Source: Eukaryota sp. TZLM1-RC
Taxonomy: Eukaryota; Protista; Metamonada: BaSk clade
Assembly: GCA_040285825.1 (NCBI GenBank)
Contig: JAUPSS010000006.1
Location: 620,001-684,000, forward strand
Length of the DNA: 64,000 nucleotides
Direction: 5' to 3'
Shown here in pieces: positions 60,321 through 64,000 of this stretch. Both the position numbers and the translations under genes were made by a program. Numbering within the stretch: the first letter of the stretch is position 1; every line of letters begins with the position of its first letter. A model generated the notes under the pieces. The model was given only the letters and a program-made list of their open reading frames with translations. It was not told the DNA's origin and searched no databases.

Positions 60321-61991
60321 AAGAGAACGGACACGGCTCCCTCTCCACTCTCAAATGTAGAATCCAGTAAGCAGACGGATGTAAATCCCACCTTACACAC
60401 AACCCCTCTAGGAGAGTATGATGAATTTCATGAATTCCAACTAGATAGTATGGAAGGGGAAGACGACTCAAAAGATGGATTCTACGAGCTTCTGAGAGAG
60501 GACGCGGAAGCCTACATTGAACCCACAGAGTTTCGTTTGTTTGAGCAGCTCCTTCCCTCATGAAGATCAATTCAAAGAAGAGGTAGAAACGTGGGTTGAA
60601 TTTTGTTTGTTTGAACAGCTCCATTCTCTATCGAGCGTATTTCCCAAACAAGTTCAATTCAAAAAAGAGGGCAGAAACGTTCGTTTCATGACCCTTGGTT
60701 TCGTTGGCGATACCTAAATGATATTTGAAATCCCCCTAGAAATTCCATGGAAGAAATTGAACTCATTAAAGCTTTGGACAAGCTCAGTAGAGAAGCAGGA
60801 CACCATTCCAGACTCTCGGGAAAGGAATACATCGAATCACCAAGGAAACTGAATATTTCTCATGTTTTTTCGTTTAGATCTATCGATAAAAAACTTCATC
60901 TAGATGCGTGCTCATCCTGATAATTCCAATGTATCCTATCGCAAGGAAGACTTCCGAATTAAGGCAGACCTACATTAAGCATGTATACAAGATTTCAACC
61001 AATATGGCATTTAGCAACATTGATGGCAAGGACGACTTGAAATTTAAAACAAGTTCTGGATCTATATGCCTTAAAGGTAGAACTTGCTACTCGTGCTCCT
61101 AAGGACCACTTTGAGCAGTTCCTGATTCAGATGTTTTTAAACGAGTCTCCTCCTCGGATTCCTTCGGTTGAAGAAGATGGAGACAACTTTAAGTTCTTGC
61201 TGATGCCCCAACCCTATGATCCATTGACTCATCCAGATCCGGATTGTCTCATGGATTTCTATCCATTCCGTTTGGATAGAGAATCAGCAGTCGAACCTAA
61301 TCCAGGCCAAGTTTTCGCCGCTCGTAGTGCTTACGGTCAGGAGCTCTCGAGAGTATGGAACTCGTTGGAAAACCCTCCTACTCTCAGAAGTCTCCCAGCT
61401 AATCCCGAAACCACTCCCATACCTTCTCGTCAAGAGCAAGTAGCTGTTCATGGTGAGGATGAAGAAGGTAACCCATGCGTTTTCTGGGTACCCAGGAGTC
61501 AAGTTCTCTCTCCTGATCCCTCCATCCCCAAACCCCTTTCTGGAGATTTGTCCGTTTCGGATCTCGACACTTCTCCTCCCATCCTTCTTCAGGTGATGAA
61601 AAAAGGAAGAACCGACAGGTCGACCGACCTATCGTTCGGTGTTCGAGTCTGGGTGAGTGACTGTTTAGATAGACAAAATTGATGTAAAGAGATCTGAAAA
61701 TGAAGAGAAAATCAGATTAATAGAAAGGAAAGGTGATGGTGACGTTACATGATGGGAAAAAGATGATGATTAGAGCAGATGGTAGAAAAAGGTGAAAAAC
61801 ACCCATAAGCAACGATAAGGAAGAGAATTAGTGTATGGGATGAAAGACAGAGCAAGTATTGAACCAAAAGGTAAAGATGGACGAATCGGTAGCGTCTACC
61901 ATCAATAGTATAGGAGGTGCATGAATAATGATCCACGGACCTAGATTCCTCACCATCAAAGAAAAGAGATATGAAGAAAGAGAATTGAGTT

Positions 61992-63299
61992 GTGGCTCAA
62001 AAGTTTAATGAGTTACGTGCAAAAGTTCTGTCTCAATTACTGGGATGTAAAATGTTTCAAATTCCAGATCATGCTTACCTTAGTCCACAATATGGTGGTT
62101 TAGGGTGGACGAAGGCTTCTATTCTTACCTCGTGTGCTTTTGTTGGTGGATGCAGAAATGCAATCTTTGAGTTCTCCGAAAGATTTGCAGATTGGGAAGA
62201 TTTATTGATGACAACGCAAAGTTCCACTGTTTTTGCATTAAATGAAGAAATTTCAAGAATTGATGTAGAAAAATGGGGTCGATGTTTTCCCCAATCATTC
62301 AATGGCAATATTCCAGAAAAAAATGTTTTAAATTTGAAGTACACTCTTCGAACATTACAGAAAAGATTGACTGGAATATATGAAAAAGATCTTCATAATA
62401 ATATTTGCAGCTCGGCTGTTTTAAATCAAGATCTTCACTCATTGTTATTGGAAAAGGGTGTTTGTGAAAACAAGGTGTCAGATTCTTCACTTGTTGTAAC
62501 CATTGTACCACGAAGATTTGGATTGTGTGCTACTAATGAAGCATTTGTAACAAAAATGAGATTATATTTGAACATCCCCATTAACCAATTATTATCAAAA
62601 GAAAAATGTATTTGTTCGAATTCACCTCAACTCACTTTGCGCCATGCTCTAAATTGCTCTAAATTGATAACTTATCGTTCTTCATTACATGATGCTGTTA
62701 GAGACACTGTTTTTAATATGGCACAAACTGCAAGGATATCGTGTATCAAAGAGCCCCTGCTGAAAGAAACACTTTCTCTGAATAATTTTGGTTCTGATGA
62801 TAGAGGTGATGTATACTGTGATTGGATTGATAATTCTGAAGCTATTGTTGACTTTGTCTCATGTAATGTTGCAAAAAATACTTTGGTTCACAGAAGAAAA
62901 CTTAATCCTGTGGCTGCTCTGGATTTTAAAGCAAAAGAAAAACATAGAAAATATGATAAAGAAATTGAAGATGCAAATATCGATAGAAATACACAGCTGG
63001 TTTTTATTGCTTTTCCATTTTCGATAAATGGAAGATTATCAGTTGAAGCAGAAACTTTTTTGGATGACTTCCAAAAATTGGTGAAAGAAAAAACAATGAA
63101 AAGATTTGATATTTTTTTATGGCGTTCACGGATTCAATTTGCCATTATTAATAGATTACCGCGGTTTTTCAATCGAATTAGAGAAGCTTTAGCTAGACAG
63201 CAAGCAAATCAAGATTTTGTAGAGGAAATCTTGGTTTAATGATAGTCGTCCCATTAGTTATGATTTAATTTAATTAAGTGTGCAAATTCAATAAATACA
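61992..63299 (+). mobile_element. 5'-truncated RLE non-LTR retrotransposon family A with an open 415-aa C-terminal ORF
   Basis: YGGLG, CICSNSPQLTLRHALNC, HDAVRD, RGDVYCD...VDFVSC, KEKHRKY, FPFSINGRL. Confidence 0.93.
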
Positions 63300-63406
63300 A
63301 TATCCACTTGAAGTGAAATTCGCAGAAGTTCTCACTCCTATCAATTTGATATTGTCAACATCAACACATAATGGACCATGAGGAGTTTAGGCAGTCAGTT
63401 AGTCTA

Positions 63407-64000
63407 CTACCATCAATAGTATAGGAGGTGCATGAATAATGATCCACGGACCTAGATTCCTCACCATCAAAGAAAAGAGATATGAAGAAAGAGAATTGAG
63501 TTGTGGCTCAAAAGTTTAATGAGTTACGTGCAAAAGTTCTGTCTCAATTACTGGGATGTAAAATGTTTCAAATTCCAGATCATGCTTACCTTAGTCCACA
63601 ATATGGTGGTTTAGGGTGGACGAAGGCTTCTATTCTTACCTCGTGTGCTTTTGTTGGTGGATGCAGAAATGCAATCTTTGAGTTCTCCGAAAGATTTGCA
63701 GATTGGGAAGATTTATTGATGACAACGCAAAGTTCCACTGTTTTTGCATTAAATGAAGAAATTTCAAGAATTGATGTAGAAAAATGGGGTCGATGTTTTC
63801 CCCAATCATTCAATGGCAATATTCCAGAAAAAAATGTTTTAAATTTGAAGTACACTCTTCGAACATTACAGAAAAGATTGACTGGAATGTATGAAAAAGA
63901 TCTTCATAATAATATTTGCAGCTCGGCTGTTTTAAATCAAGATCTTCACTCATTGTTATTGGAAAAGGGTGTTTGTGAAAACAAGGTGTCAGATTCTTCA
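63407..64000 (+). repeat. Tandem duplicate (offset 1511 bp) of the sequence starting at 61896, including a second family A copy that runs off the window
   Basis: Near-identical to 61896-62489 (one substitution seen). Confidence 0.9.

Overview
AT-rich eukaryotic DNA, probably from an intron-poor microbial eukaryote: seven host-type ORFs read uninterrupted in the standard code, and TTAGGG arrays are present. About half the window is transposon-derived. Host genes: an RCC1+LRR-like protein, a DUSP-UBL-kinase fusion, a SYCP2/Red1-like protein, a double-FYVE-like protein, two paralogous N-acylated RING-like proteins and a TRIM-type RING-BBox-BBox-CC-SPRY protein. Mobile DNA: a young Ty3/Gypsy-type LTR retrotransposon (3381-10707), a 1.08-kb gag-only LTR element (28733-29812) nested in a non-LTR element, more LTR relics, at least three families of CRE-like RLE non-LTR retrotransposons, and hAT and MULE transposase pseudogenes. 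The best candidate for an undescribed system is the LTR group. In two families with unrelated LTRs, the position of the tRNA primer-binding site is occupied by a covarying palindrome that includes the LTR end (ACA|GTAATTAC|TGT and CA|ATAATTAT|TG), which suggests tRNA-independent fold-back or dimer priming. The large element also starts its polyprotein inside the 5' LTR, ends it inside the 3' LTR, and carries about 525 aa of unrecognised sequence between RNase H and integrase. All protein assignments are by eye from motifs; no searches were run.
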